Part shown: positions 14,273 to 27,380 of the stretch, one piece after another | Position numbering within the stretch: position 1 is the first letter of the stretch | Layout: the number at the start of each line of letters is the position of its first letter | Source of the DNA: Cirrosporium novae-zelandiae | Taxonomy: Eukaryota | Direction of reading: 5' to 3' | Assembly (NCBI GenBank): GCA_026023565.1 | Contig: JAPETS010000043.1 | Span: forward strand, 186,001-233,303 | DNA: 47,303 nt | Notes under the pieces: generated by a model | Told to the model about the DNA's origin: nothing | The model's database searches: none | The model's input: the letters and a program-made list of their open reading frames with translations, nothing else | Made by a program: the position numbers and the translations under genes

Positions 14273-15731
14273 ATGACTTTGACTTGAAAACGGGGATTAG
14301 GATTGGAAATTAAGCCCTTTTTTAACTTTAATGGAAATGATATTGAATTTTTGTTTGAATTTTTGATAGTTTGGTGTTTGTGTAGGGCGGGGGGGGAGTT
14401 ATGGGATAGGGATGGGTTTTACGAATTATTTATTTTGGATGTAGGTATGAGAATGGGATGGTTGAATGGAATAGGAATGGGTAGGGGATAAAATGGCGGT
14501 AGGATAGGAATGGAAGGAATGAGATTGAAAGGATAGTTATATAGACTATCTACTATCGATTCTATCCAAGTCCCCTAGTTCCCTTGTTTTTATATTTCAA
14601 TTCCAATTCAGCCCTAAGAGTTATCCAACAAGAGTATCTAAGATTCAATAAAGTGAACCTAATATATTTATTTATATAAATATTTTATACTGTATATTGT
14701 ATACTCTAGAATAGACAAATGGATGGATAGATGGACAAATAAGATGAACAGACAAGAAGACTGACTACGCACATATATATAACCATATACTTCAACCCAA
14801 CCAGCCAGGGAGGGAGGGGTACAACTCCAACTCTCAACTCCCAACTCCCAACTTTTATCCTTTTCCTTTTCCTTTTCCTCCTTTTTTTATTTTTTTTTTA
14901 TTCCTTTCTTCTGTTCCTTTCTTCTATCCTATCCTATCCTATTCCCTTCCCCCCCCCCCCACCCAAACTCAAACTTAAAACCTAGAATAAAAAAAAAAAA
15001 CATGCACGTCTCTCTCTCTCTACTCCACTCATACTCACACTCTACTCCTCACATCCCATTCCATTTCATCCATTCGCTACATTCTCCTTGCATCATTCCC
15101 CCCTACATTGATTCTCGCTTGTTTTTTTTTTTGTTTTTTTTTTGTTTTGTTTTGGGTTTATGGTATAAGTTATTAGGTATTAGAAATAAGAGAAGAAAGA
15201 AAAGGGGAAAGTGGTGATGATATAGATATACTCCTCCCTCCTTCATCAACCAACCAATCTGATCCACCTATTCTATCTAATCTATCTCTTTATTATTATT
15301 TACGAGGTTGCTTGTTTACTATCCCTAACTAAGATGCTTAGGATCCACCTATAGTACCTATCCACCTACTGTACCTACCTAATTGACTAGGGCGGGCGGG
15401 TGACTAGGGCAGGTGAATGTGTGTGTGTATGTGTACTCTGTACATATGTGTGTGCAAAACAAACTAGATGGCAGATGGTAGATGGCAGATGGAGAAATCG
15501 AGAAATTCTATCCCCATGTCTCCTCCCTCTTCTTTTTTTTTTTTTGGTTTATCTTTCTCTGTTTCTCTCTTTCTTTATATATATATATATATGTGTGTGG
15601 CATAGATAATGGATGAATGAATTTTCTCTACCCTTCTTCCTCCATATTCCTCATGTTGTCTTGTTTCTATGTTTCCTACGTTTTCACCATACTATATATA
15701 TCATCGACACCATGATTCCTATACTCTATAT

Positions 15732-15778
<47 letters not shown>
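15732..15778 (+). repeat. (TAC)n microsatellite, about 15 units
   Basis: Read directly; explains the poly-Thr/poly-Tyr spurious ORFs. Confidence 0.95.
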
Positions 15779-16448
15779 TCCATACCACCCCCCGAGGGAA
15801 AAAAAAGAAGAAAAAAAAAAAAGAGAAGGAAGGGGAGAGGAATACAAAAGGGAATAATAGAAAGGGGTTAGTTAGATAGATACCAATATCTATTTAATCA
15901 TGTACGGTATAACTTGTATGTATGTGTGTAGTATTTATATTATATTACTCAGGGCTACCTAGGACCTAGGACCTAAGTATCTACAAATAAGGAGTAGGTA
16001 GTAGTAGTAAAAAGATAAGAGAAGGGATAGATAGATAAATGAATAAAAAAATATACGATAATTATAACAAATATATTACGACGCCTAGGATATAGGGCTC
16101 AGTGAGGCTCAATCTAGAGGTATAACTGGTATAGATTCTATAACTGAGGAGGCTAGGTCTAAGGTGCAAGGTGAGGATCTATATATAGTAGGTTATATAA
16201 CCTAGGGTCACATGCATGTGGCTTAGTATCCGTAACAAAAGAAAAGAAAAAAAAAAAACAAAAAAACGCTTCCCCCATATAACCCACCCCTCTTTCCTTA
16301 TGGTTGTGGTCTTCTTATTCTTTTATTTCCTTCCTTCATTTATATTTACTAATAATTCACCCCCACCCCCACGCCTTGAAGAAGAAGAAGAAGAAGAAGA
16401 TGTTATTCATATTCACATCCACATCCACATCTCATTCATTCATTCACA

Positions 16449-16486
<38 letters not shown>

Positions 16487-18045
16487 ATTTTTTTTTCTTT
16501 TCTTTCTTTTTTCTTTTCCTTTCTTTTTTCTTTCCCCTTTTCCCCTCTTTCTCTCTTAGTTAGTTAGGTTTTTTTTCTCTAAAGAATTTATTTATTTATT
16601 CATCGATTAACCTACCTACCCCTTCTCTCATCTCGACTCTCTCTATACTTAAACCACCAACCAACCATCCCCAACCACCTCCTTCCTATCTAGATCCTCT
16701 CTATCCATATATCAATTCTACCATATACCTCCCCCTTTTTTTTTTAAAAAAACCCTCCCTTCCCTCTATATATACCCTATATATATATATACACACACAA
16801 TTAACAACAACACAGCAAAAAAAAATACCAGAATTAGTAAAATACAAAAAAAAGGTTTTGGGTTTAAATCTAACCGCCGGGGGTTGTTGTTGTTGTGGAA
16901 TTGGGGAACTACTGGGACTAGGGAGTTGGTTGGTTGTAGAGAGAGAGTGAGAGAGCAAGAGAGATATATGTTTAAAGGGACTAAAGAGGGGGAAGAAAGG
17001 GGGGGGATAGAAAGAAAGAAAGAAAGAAAGAAAGAAAAAGAGGGGAGTAAAGGGGAATAATGGAAAGTAAGTATATAGATATATATATAAACATCCATTC
17101 CCATTCCCATTCCTATTCCTATTCCTATTCCTATCCCACCTAACCAAACCAAACCTCCATATCATTATCCCATCCCCATCCCCATCCCCATCCCCCACAC
17201 ATCCAAGCCAAAATAAAAATAAAAAATTTCGTGAAAAAACCCCATCCATTCATCCATCCATCGAATCTATAAATCCCTTAACCATATCTTCTTATTTTTT
17301 TTTTTAAACTCTTTTCTTCCTTTCCTTTTCTATATATATATATATATATATGGTTACTTGATTAATAGATTTTGGAAGGGGGTATGAGGGGTTTGTTTGA
17401 AAGGGAGGGGAGGAGGGGAGGAAGAAGAGAGGAAAAGGGAAAGGAAGGGAAGGGAAGGGAAGGGAAAGGATTGGAGTTGGAGTTGGAGTTGGAGTATAAA
17501 CATACCTAATCTACCTATCTGGCTGGGTAGGTTGTTATATATATATATATATTCATCCATCTATCCACCCATTTATTCATCCACCTATTATAGAATAATC
17601 AGTATAAAATGTTTTTTTTTTCTTTTCTTTTTTTTTTTTTTATTCTGGAAGTTGGAAGTTGGAGGTTTTGGGGTTGGGGCTGTGTGGTTTGGTGGTATTG
17701 GTGATATTGGAGGGAAGGAAGAAAGAAAGAAAGAAAGAAAGGGAGGGAGGGATTGGAGTTGGAGTGTACTCTGGTTCTATATATATATATATATATATGT
17801 GTGTGTTTATATCCATTCCATTTGTTTAAATCTATTTTTCGGATGCCTATATATAGAAATATACAAATATTTGAGAGAAAAAAAGGAAAAGAAAAAAAAG
17901 AAAAAAAAGAAAAGAAAAGAAAAGAAGAGGAAATGTATATATGTTGGTTTTATTTTTTTAATATTTATTTTATTTCTGGGTTTTGAAGTTTGGGTTTTTT
18001 TTGGTGAAATTAAAGAAAAAGGAATAAGGAGGGTTGGAGTTGAGA

Positions 18046-18114
<69 letters not shown>
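18046..18114 (+). repeat. (ATT)23 microsatellite
   Basis: Read directly. Confidence 0.95.
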
Positions 18115-18270
18115 GTCATGTACACCTATCTACCTGGCCAAGTAAGTAAAGTATATATAGATATATATATATATATATTGTAGTGGAGCGGGGTCTGCAT
18201 GCTCATGGAAGTTGTACAAACTTTTTAGGATTTAGGTATAAAGAAAAAAGCCAAATAGTAAGACCAAGGG

Positions 18271-18311
18271 CTTCTTCTTCTTCTTCTTCTTCTTCTTCTT
18301 CTTCTTCTTCT
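18271..18311 (+). repeat. (CTT)n microsatellite, about 13 units
   Basis: Read directly. Confidence 0.95.
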
Positions 18312-21300
18312 ATTCATGATACTCGTACGGAATATATAAATAATTCGTGGGACAAAAAGTTTCAATTGGTAAATGAGTAATTGGTTAATCTAGAATAAAA
18401 GATTGGATAATGGATCATCCTCCATAACTCACTCGCTCGCATTTATTATACCCAAACAAAAGCAAATATCACTTTTTAAGGGTGAGATTGTATATGACAA
18501 AGTATAAGGTTGCCGACCTACTCTGCCATAATATGATCATCCATTCATCTATTTATTTATTTATTCATCCATCTATTATAAAATATCAGTATATAGTATA
18601 ATATTTGAGAAAGAGAGGGGGAGGAAAAGGAGAAGAAATGTCCCTCAGAGCTTGGAAGCGACATGCCGACAATAAAATGAATCATCATCATCAGAAAAAG
18701 AATAAGAAGCAGAAGAATATGCTCAAGATTAGATAGAGTTGGTAGTTGACGTTAACATTAATATATAACCCTCATCTCTCTTCCATATAACCTTTCATCT
18801 ATTCATCATCTTGTAATTACAGACACTGGGTCTGAGTCTGAATCCGAGTTCGAGTCCGAGCTCATCCAATTCAATTCAATTCATACCGCAGGTTCATATC
18901 CACATCTACTCCATTTAAACCAATTAAGCCAGTGTACACACAACACGACGCGACATCAGTACCATGGGTGCCGTCGGTACTTGGAACAAAAAAACCTCAA
19001 AAGCCAAGCATGATAGAATAGTGAAAAAAAAAATCACACATGACAATGTATAGTAGATGGAAAGAAAGAAAATCTCCATGTGATAGGAGTTTGTGACCAA
19101 GGTAATAGGTGCACCATGGATGGACGGATATTCGAATCATCCAATGCAAATGCAAATGCCATGTGGCCCCCTCGTGCTGACAACTTTATGTCTCCATGAA
19201 ACAAACCGACTACTCTAAGTAGGTGATGAGCGAGATAACTTGGGTAATTGAACCACTTGGGAACACATAAATTCCAAAAATGCACTCACTATATGCAACT
19301 ATTACTCTAAACAGTGTGCTCGCTTAGAGAATAAGAAGAAAAAAACAAAAACAAAAACAAAATAGCGAAACCCCTTGAAGAAAATCCTTGAAATGACAAA
19401 TGACGAATAAAAAAAGGAAGGCGAAATGAAAAAAAAGCGGGGGATGTTCCCAGGAGCGGGGCTGGAAAAAATGTAAAAAAGAGATTATAAAATTAACATG
19501 TCATTTTTGCCATTTCTTTACTCTCTGTGTTATTTTTTATTTGTTTGGGGGTAATTTTACCTTAGATTGTATAAGTGATGTATGAATATCTTTCGGCGGG
19601 GGGGGGGGACGATGATGGATGGTTATGGATGGAATTGGTTAAAGGAATTGAATTGAAATGGGGTTTCTTGGCCCTTGGAAATCACGGGGCGTGTGTGCGT
19701 GCATGTAGTGTGCATGCTTCTTCTGTGTACATGTACATTGCATGAATCGGCATTTGCATTGAATGGGAAAGAGATGAGAAAAAAAAACCCTGTTTGGCCA
19801 TGAGGGAAAAGAGAAGCAGTAATTAGGTAAGGTCCTTTCCTTCGGTAACTTGACTGTAGTACAGGATACCGATAAGTAATTAGAAGAATATTATATCCCA
19901 CATCCTAATACAGACCAGAGAAAAAAAAACCAATAATAAATCACAACAACAATGATGATAATAATAATTATTATTATTAAGAACAAGGAATGTTGTAAAC
20001 GAGTATCAAAAGCCCGGGTCAGCTTCAGATAACCGATCAGGATTTCTCATCTGTGATTACCGATGATTTTGTGTGAGTTAATGTAGGGTGACTCTCCTTG
20101 TGTGTTGTGTGATTGTGTATGGATGGAAAACAAATTGGACCAAAAGCATATGTTTGGTAACTTTTATTGTTGTGCTTTTTTTGTGCATGGAACTGCGTCG
20201 GGGAGCTTACTGTAATTAGTTGTGTCTTGTCTTTCTTGTCTTGTCTTGCTTGTTTGGGTTGCTCGCTTGCTCACTTGCTCACTTGCTCACTTGCTCACTT
20301 ACTAATATTCATTTCATCCATTCATTTATTCCACTCATTTAAGACAAAGTAAATTAGTAATTATGTATGGGAGAAGTGATGGATGTGGATGTAACCCAAG
20401 ATGAATCCGTATTCGAGCTCGCTTAGAGGATTGTGTGTTCACATAACCGCCGTGCCGCCTTATAATAAAGATAAATCCTGGAATAATAATATAAATAACC
20501 GAGATCGAGATCTCTGTTGATGTTAAATTAATTAAATTAAATTAAATCTATACTTTCTTTGTCATCATATGCAACTGATTTCTTTCCAATGAAAAGGGAA
20601 AAAAAAAAGAGAAAAAAAGTTATACTTAATACGGCTGTATATTTAAATTGCTCTTTATCTTTCATTTATTATTTTTATTTTTTACGAGTTGATAGTGATG
20701 ATAGGAAGAATCGTCAAGTAATAATAATAACAGTAATAAAATAGAAGCGAAGGCCGAAGCAATAGCGGCTATCTACATAATACACACACACATATACATC
20801 TGTAACGGCTCCTCCCAAATCCCTCATCCCTCATCACACATCTCCAATCTCCAATCCCCAATCTCCATCTCCATCTTCATCTCCATCTTCATCTTCATCT
20901 TCATCTCCATCCATCCCACATCTCATCCATCTATCCCATCCCAAAGCTCCATGTAAGCCATTTAAACCCACCCCAAAAAAGCACGCAAAACTTAGCCAAC
21001 ACCATTCCCGTTTCAAGGGGCCCAACATTTATCCTCAATTCCCTGTAAGAGAGCTAGCTTAACTACTCAACTAATTACCTTATCTAATCGGATGCATTCA
21101 AGGTAGGCAACAGCTCCCTCCTCGGGTGGCTGCAGCTGTCAAAATCTCGCTGTATGTAGCATGCAGTGCGCAGGCAGTGCGCAGGCGCCGGGGCGCGGGG
21201 CGCAAGGCGCAACATGTATGCTATGACTTGTATCTGTCTCTAAATCTGTAGCTTCCCCCCCTCCCCCATACCCCCCCCAAAGCCACCTTTACCTCTGTTG

Positions 21301-23486
21301 ACCCGGTAGGGATTTTCCAAGCAAAGTCCTCAAGTTTTCTTTTTTTTCTTTTTCTTTGTTTCCCGAATCGCGAATCGTATACCCTGGTCGTTAATCTGCA
21401 ATCCGTCAATCCTACTACAATATAAATTTATGCAGTGGGGTATGTAAGGTAGGGTAGTCGTCCGTGCCACGTCATAGGCGATCGATTCTGTTTATTGTTA
21501 ATTGTTTAGAAAGTATTGGAAGGGGTCCCGAAGCTGAGACTGAGGCTGGGGGCTGGGTGCTGTGGCTTTCCGTTCCGTTCCGTTTTTACAAGTTTGCGAG
21601 TTTGCGAGTGGGTTACCGGATACGAATAAAATAAAGAGTGCTTGCTGGAACTTTCATCTTTCCATTTCAGGATTTTTGATGCCACTCGTTGGTTGGTTGA
21701 CCAAGAAGGGGACGACTGAAAAGCGTAGAAAGGTAGAGGGTGTATTTCCTTTTCGAGGAGGATATCGTGATCGGATGCAAACAGCGGCTTGCATCGAGAT
21801 ATTTGTAAGTGTTGAATGTGGGGTGCCTAATAAGTAAGCTTCCCGACAAGCTGAACCGGAAAGAGGAACAAACGGCCACGGAAATGAATGAGATCGGGAA
21901 ATCGAAAACAAAGAGATGGTCCCGCGTTGCTTGCTTTCCTTGCCTGTACCTTTCCCTTCCAACGTTTCCCCCACTTTAGGCTGCTATCGAATGCCATTTC
22001 CTACGAGATCAATATCAGAAAAACAATTATTATATTTTATTGTACAAGTCGAGGTATTTTCATTTTTTCACTTAATCCATCATACTCGTCCAGCAAAACC
22101 GTCACCACCACTGGTCACGAGTTCGCGGTTCCCAATGACGACAAAAAAAAAACAAAATGTCCTTAAATCTTATTCGGACATGCATAACCCAAGCAAGATG
22201 TGATGCGCGGTGGCTTCCACGTGAACACAAGGAACCATGAAATTCCATGGATCTATACGGTTCCATCATGTATCAGCCAGGTTACAAAAACTTGCTGGGC
22301 TGCTGATGCGATGAGCAAGGTTGGGCTTGGTTGGTTGGGCCTGGTTAGGGGTTCGATTGAAGCGGAGAAAATATCGCGGAGGAGCACGTGGATGTGTTGT
22401 CATGAAGGATTCTATATCTATGATACAGAATCGTATATCGATCGGAAGCAAAATGGTCGACCTGTATGCATGCATGTATGCATTGGGATTTGGATCAAAG
22501 CTTTTGACAGCGGATGAGGACAGATAGGTTTGATTATTACTCCGATGCTTCACCGAAGACACTTGGCCTCCATATATTAGATGCCTTGTTATCATAGAAC
22601 TCCTATGCGAAATCATGCTACCCTTGATAACTTTGAAACTTGAAATAAGTCTTTGTGTAACCATACTTCATCGACTTCTCGAAAGCTGTGGGGATGATGC
22701 TGGTTAGACGGGACATGGAAACGTTGCCAAGCTGGCACAAATCTCAACTGCATTATGGCTGTCGTTTGAGCACACTGGTCAGAACTCTCAATTTCCACCT
22801 AGGCAAGCTCTTCCTCCTTGAAGTGGTTAGACTTTCTGAGGACAACGGAACTTCGCTGACAAGTGACGAGCTGGATGTAATATCGTCGCCATTCTATTGC
22901 TATAGCGGTAGATGATTAGAAGAGCTTGATCAATTGTCACACGCAAAGGCCTCTCCAAGAGAATGGCAGCTGTGGCTGTTTGCTGTCTTCGGGATCCAAA
23001 ACATTGCCACTTTATGCTAACTGGTAGTCTATGGAAGAGGGAATCACACCATGGTGGTATCCAACAGCATGCTACTCCCCTGAACCATCAAAGGCCATAG
23101 TCAAAGACCGTAGCATGTGGAATTTGACGGCAGAGATCCATCCAAGTAGAGCCAGGTTTAATTTCAAAACCCCTTTAGGGGATCATATACTTGATATGAG
23201 CCTCAGAAACGGAAATACCGGGAATTACCGTCTGATCACGATGGTCGGTAGTGGTTCACATGAAAAAAAGACAAGCAAGAACATCGGGATACAACCCACC
23301 AACAACGAATGAAAATCAAGAACAAGATAAAGTGTCAAGTAGCGTCCAGAAGAAACAAATATTGGATGGACTGTTGCTGAAACAAGAAATGTCAGCAAAT
23401 GTTTGATTCTCTAAATGATAGGCAATTGTTTTGTGGGTTGATGTTTTGTGGATAAATTGATTTTGATTTGTAACTGGTTGGTCTAG

Positions 23487-23960
23487 AATCGGCCTGTAAT
23501 GGGGAATTTGTTCGATTCTAATACTGAAGTGCAAGAATATTTCCAGAAGGGATAAGAATAGGTCAAAAGATTGTCCAAGATTATCAAGATTGAGCCGCAG
23601 GATGAGGTCCAGCAGTTCAGGAGAAAGGTGCGACACGTCTAACAGAATGACAGGTCAGGTGTTGGAGATGGAAGGAAGAGGCGAAACGATTTCCTCGTTG
23701 TGGAAGTCGCTTGAAATGGTTTACAGCATGGTTGGATGTCAATGAGGTCACTCGTCGTGACAAGTTGCCCTTGGGCAAGATTTAATCGATTTAAACTGAT
23801 TTGGGATCTCAGGGGGTACTTTGATTCAGATCATTTTGGATATGATCAGCATGCGAAATCGGGCTTGTTACCAATAACCAAACTAGGCAGTGAGAAGGTG
23901 TCGAGTCCGGCTCGCATAGTCCACAACCGGATCGTGATGATTCCACCGTCAAGTCTGTGA
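23487..23960 (+). pseudogene. Possible decayed coding remnant, family unidentified
   Basis: One + frame reads NRPVMGNLFDSNTEVQEYFQKG*E*VKRLSKIIKIEPQDEVQQFRRKVRHV*QNDRSG...VA*NGLQHGW and continues into ORF 23736-23960. It follows a TAG acceptor-like site at 23486. No family motif recognised. Confidence 0.25.
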
Positions 23961-26279
23961 CAACGAACAACAGAACTCACATTCTCCATTCTTCATCCGG
24001 AACATGCTTGAGAAAGTAAAGTAAGGTTATGAGTGGACCGGTGGAGCCGCTACCACCTAAGCTTTGGTTTGTTGTGCGTAATGATCCATGCAACATTGGT
24101 CTCCATTGAATTCTCCAACATCTGGCTTCCCTTGGAGCATCTCGAAACCCCGGACAGATACGGCCAGATAATACCCGTGAAGCCAAGGTTTGAAGCTTTT
24201 GCTCTATCAATCAGATTCTTCAGATCCGATCCGGAATCTCCGTTTCGGGCAACATGTCCATGACGGAGCAAGTCCGCGGTCCTCTGACTACACCATTCTT
24301 TCTGGCTGTATCGTATCAAGTAAATAGTCGGTGAAATGGGCTGAGGCCGAGCAGATGGACGTCGTAGCATCAAAACATTGATCTGCATCCTGATTCACGT
24401 CTGGACGCATCAAAAGTATTTTGGCCTGGTCATTGTACCCAACCGGCATGCTCTTTCTGTCTGCCATATAATAGTTATAACATATCAACCAATAAGGCAA
24501 CTCCATTATTCCCTTGCTCGTGCCACCTGAGCATGTTGCAGGTCTGATATAGCGCTCCAGGTGATGATCGCGGTGGATGAAGAATCTCCATCCAACTGAT
24601 CATCGGACAGCTGGAACCGACCGGAGCATGTCGACGGTTTTGCATCAGATACGTTTTGGTAGCTCCACCGCGAGCACGACATTATGTAGGCGGAGTATTC
24701 CATTCTAATAAAATAATGGATTGCGTGGGAGAATTCTTGGGTGGAGATGCTTTTATCCTAGTTCATCCCATCAACAGAGCTAATGTAACTATTCTATGAA
24801 TTACCGAGAGATGAGCAGCAACTTTTGCGAGCACGAGACAAAATAATAATCGAGGGATCCTGAGGCAGCTGTTTGTATTTCTTGGCCCAGTTTTTGGGGA
24901 AATTTTGTTCATTTTTGAGCGTAGTGATATGGAGTACCAAGTATGGACCCTGGTTGGATCGAAAGCGAGAAGCAATTGGTCTTTGCAGTTGACATGGCAA
25001 AGTCAGCTCAAGCTTTGCAATCTGCGTAAAGCCATTTCATCCTTTGCCTCCATCTGTCCAAAGCCAAGCAGTTGCCAATCATACTCGACAGTTTAAGCAT
25101 GGGTTGATGGGATGTAGAACTGCTGATGGCCTTGTTGTTCTCAGGGATATTGGAACTATGATACACCTACTTCAAAGGTAACGTCAAGAAGCCAACCCGA
25201 ACCTAGAATGATATGACGGAAAATCTGTGTTCAACGGAAATTTGCATGAGACGGCTTCCAAAATGATGTACGAGCTTGGTCCCTACGGAAAAGATCAGTG
25301 TCTATGGTCTTGATCTTGGTGCTGAGATTGATGGATCAAAACTGCATGCTTCAGAGATGATAATCTTTGTACAACACACGAGTTATTTTGAATAGCAACG
25401 AGTTTCAAATTCTCCAAAAAACCAGAAACCAATTAAAACAACCGTAAAGTGAGTGCAGATATCCGGAGCTAACCCGGAGGATTTCGAGCGAACATTCTCG
25501 AGAACACAATCAAGCATGATCTTCGATAGAGCGCGGTCAATGGTGTCTAGCCAGGACCAGGGACCACAGCTCCGGAAAGTAACACAGCTGGTTCTGTTTG
25601 CTCGAGATTTACCATTTGCCATGGGGGTTAAAAGGCAGTTTTGGCGGAAAAGCGGAATCACGATATTTCCAGGATCTTCTCAACCTTTCTTGACGAAGAC
25701 CAGCATCATCCGCATGGCTGCCGAGGATATACCTTTTTCTTCGAATCTACTAGTAAAGGTGAAAAAGGAAAAAAAAAAAAAATGCAAAGATGATGATTCT
25801 CTGCACATGGCACGTATGGTAGGTATAGCAAGGCACGGTCAAGGAATCCTATGAGTATACAAGTTGCACAAGATCTGGCATATGACAGCGGGCCGGCGTC
25901 AAGACGGATTGGCAACCAGAAGAGAGTGGATTGACAAATCAGGTGGTTTTACCAAGAGAAGGTACAGAAGAGATGGGTAGCTTCGAATGACACGATACTG
26001 GTTTTGTAGATTTCTCTTGTCGATCTATGTATAGGTTGATAGACGGGCATGACAGATTTAGGGTGGCTGAAGAGGGAATTTCTAGGCCTCAACGGCCTCC
26101 CTTTTGATCTTCATATGTTTTGTGGTGCAGACGATCAGGCTGAGTTGTTGCTTGCAGATGAATTTGCCGCCATGTTGTTACTCATTGCTCGGCATTTGAA
26201 AAGTTACGGTGCATCCGCTCTTCTTACTACCCACGTAACGCTAGGGGAGGATATTCCCGGCGAATGAAAGGATGGTACC

Positions 26280-26348
26280 TTTTTTTGTTATTTTTTTTGT
26301 TATTTTTTTGTTATTTTTTTTGTTATTTTTTTGTTATTTTTTTTTTAT
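26280..26348 (+). repeat. T-rich minisatellite, unit about T7-8GTTA, about 5 copies
   Basis: ttttttgtta ttttttttgtta tttttttgtta... read directly. Confidence 0.85.
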
Positions 26349-27310
26349 TTTGTCATTTTTTTTTGTTCATTCGGATAATAAAGTAATAGTTTAATCAGTT
26401 GAAGGATCAAATAAGATGATGATCGGTTGCTGGTTGATCTCGCGGACCAAAAATTACAATGGGTCCAAGTCCAAAGGAGACGGGGGGGGGGGGCACGGGG
26501 GGCACGGGGGGAAGAAGGGATAAGGGTTTTTTTCCAAAGATGTCAAGATTTCGCAAATCAAAACGGTGGTATTGATGGTTCCTTTGGTTGTTCGGAGTGG
26601 GTGTAGTGGGTGTGGTGGCAGTGGTGTAATTTAGTGAGTTGTGCCAGATTCGCTTTGAGGATAGAGTTTTTCGGGGTAAGAGATGAGGGATTCCACGATA
26701 GTGAGGGGTCAAGGTCTGTCAATGGTCTTCACTGGTCTTCAATGGTCTTCAAATGGTTGTTTAATGGGTCCTTTCAAGGGGAAGGGAAAGTAAATGTGGA
26801 CAAGTATCGTATGATCCGTCATCCCACAAAACCAACCACCAAGGCACCAAGGCAAATTGTCCGTCTCTTTGCTGGTTGTTCTGTCTGTTCAATGCTTTTC
26901 TGTCGCCTCGCTTTCTATCCTACAGGGCCTATCCTTCTAACCTCAAACGCTTAACTGCTGGTAAAGGTTACAATGAAGAATAAAATAAAATAAAATAGAA
27001 TAAAATAGAATCCAAATTTACCCAAGGGAGTTATTTGACTCTAGTTGCTAAACTTAATGATTATATACTTAACTCTAACAAGTTTTATCTTTGAATACGA
27101 TATGCTTTTTTCCAAGCCGTCCCCTTCGCTTAGGTGGGTAATGTTATCACTAGTCATCATCATCATCTCAGATGAAGGTCAAGGGAGGTCAGGGAGCTAG
27201 TTAGCTTGCAGTGCACCCTGTGGATAAGTTGAGTGGATAAGTGGATTTGATTAATGGAGAATACCGTAATGGACTGGTGATGCAAAAAATGATGAACACA
27301 GCAGGAGTTA

Positions 27311-27328
27311 GTGGTAGTGGTAGTAGTG

Positions 27329-27380
<52 letters not shown>
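27311..27380 (+). repeat. (GTA)n microsatellite with GTG variants at the 5' end
   Basis: Read directly. Confidence 0.95.

Larger units (their letters stand above)
14300..21000. repeat. Low-complexity, microsatellite-dense block
   Basis: Many homopolymers, (TA)n, (TC)n 16453-16481, (AAAG)n near 17010-17035, (CATTCC/TATTCC)n near 17096-17133, (TTGGAG)4 17471-17494, (GCTCACTT)x4 20269-20300, (CATCTY)n near 20860-20910. Confidence 0.9.

Noticed and set aside
15002..18380. ORFs with poly-Y, poly-T, poly-K, poly-F or poly-S runs, including the 250-aa ORF 17397-18149
   Set aside because: They are translations of microsatellites and homopolymers, with no domain or splice support.
18828..18862. GTTCGAGTCC, resembling a tRNA T-loop / Pol III B-box
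   Set aside because: It is part of a degenerate hexamer repeat (GAGTCY-like); no cloverleaf stems or A-box found.
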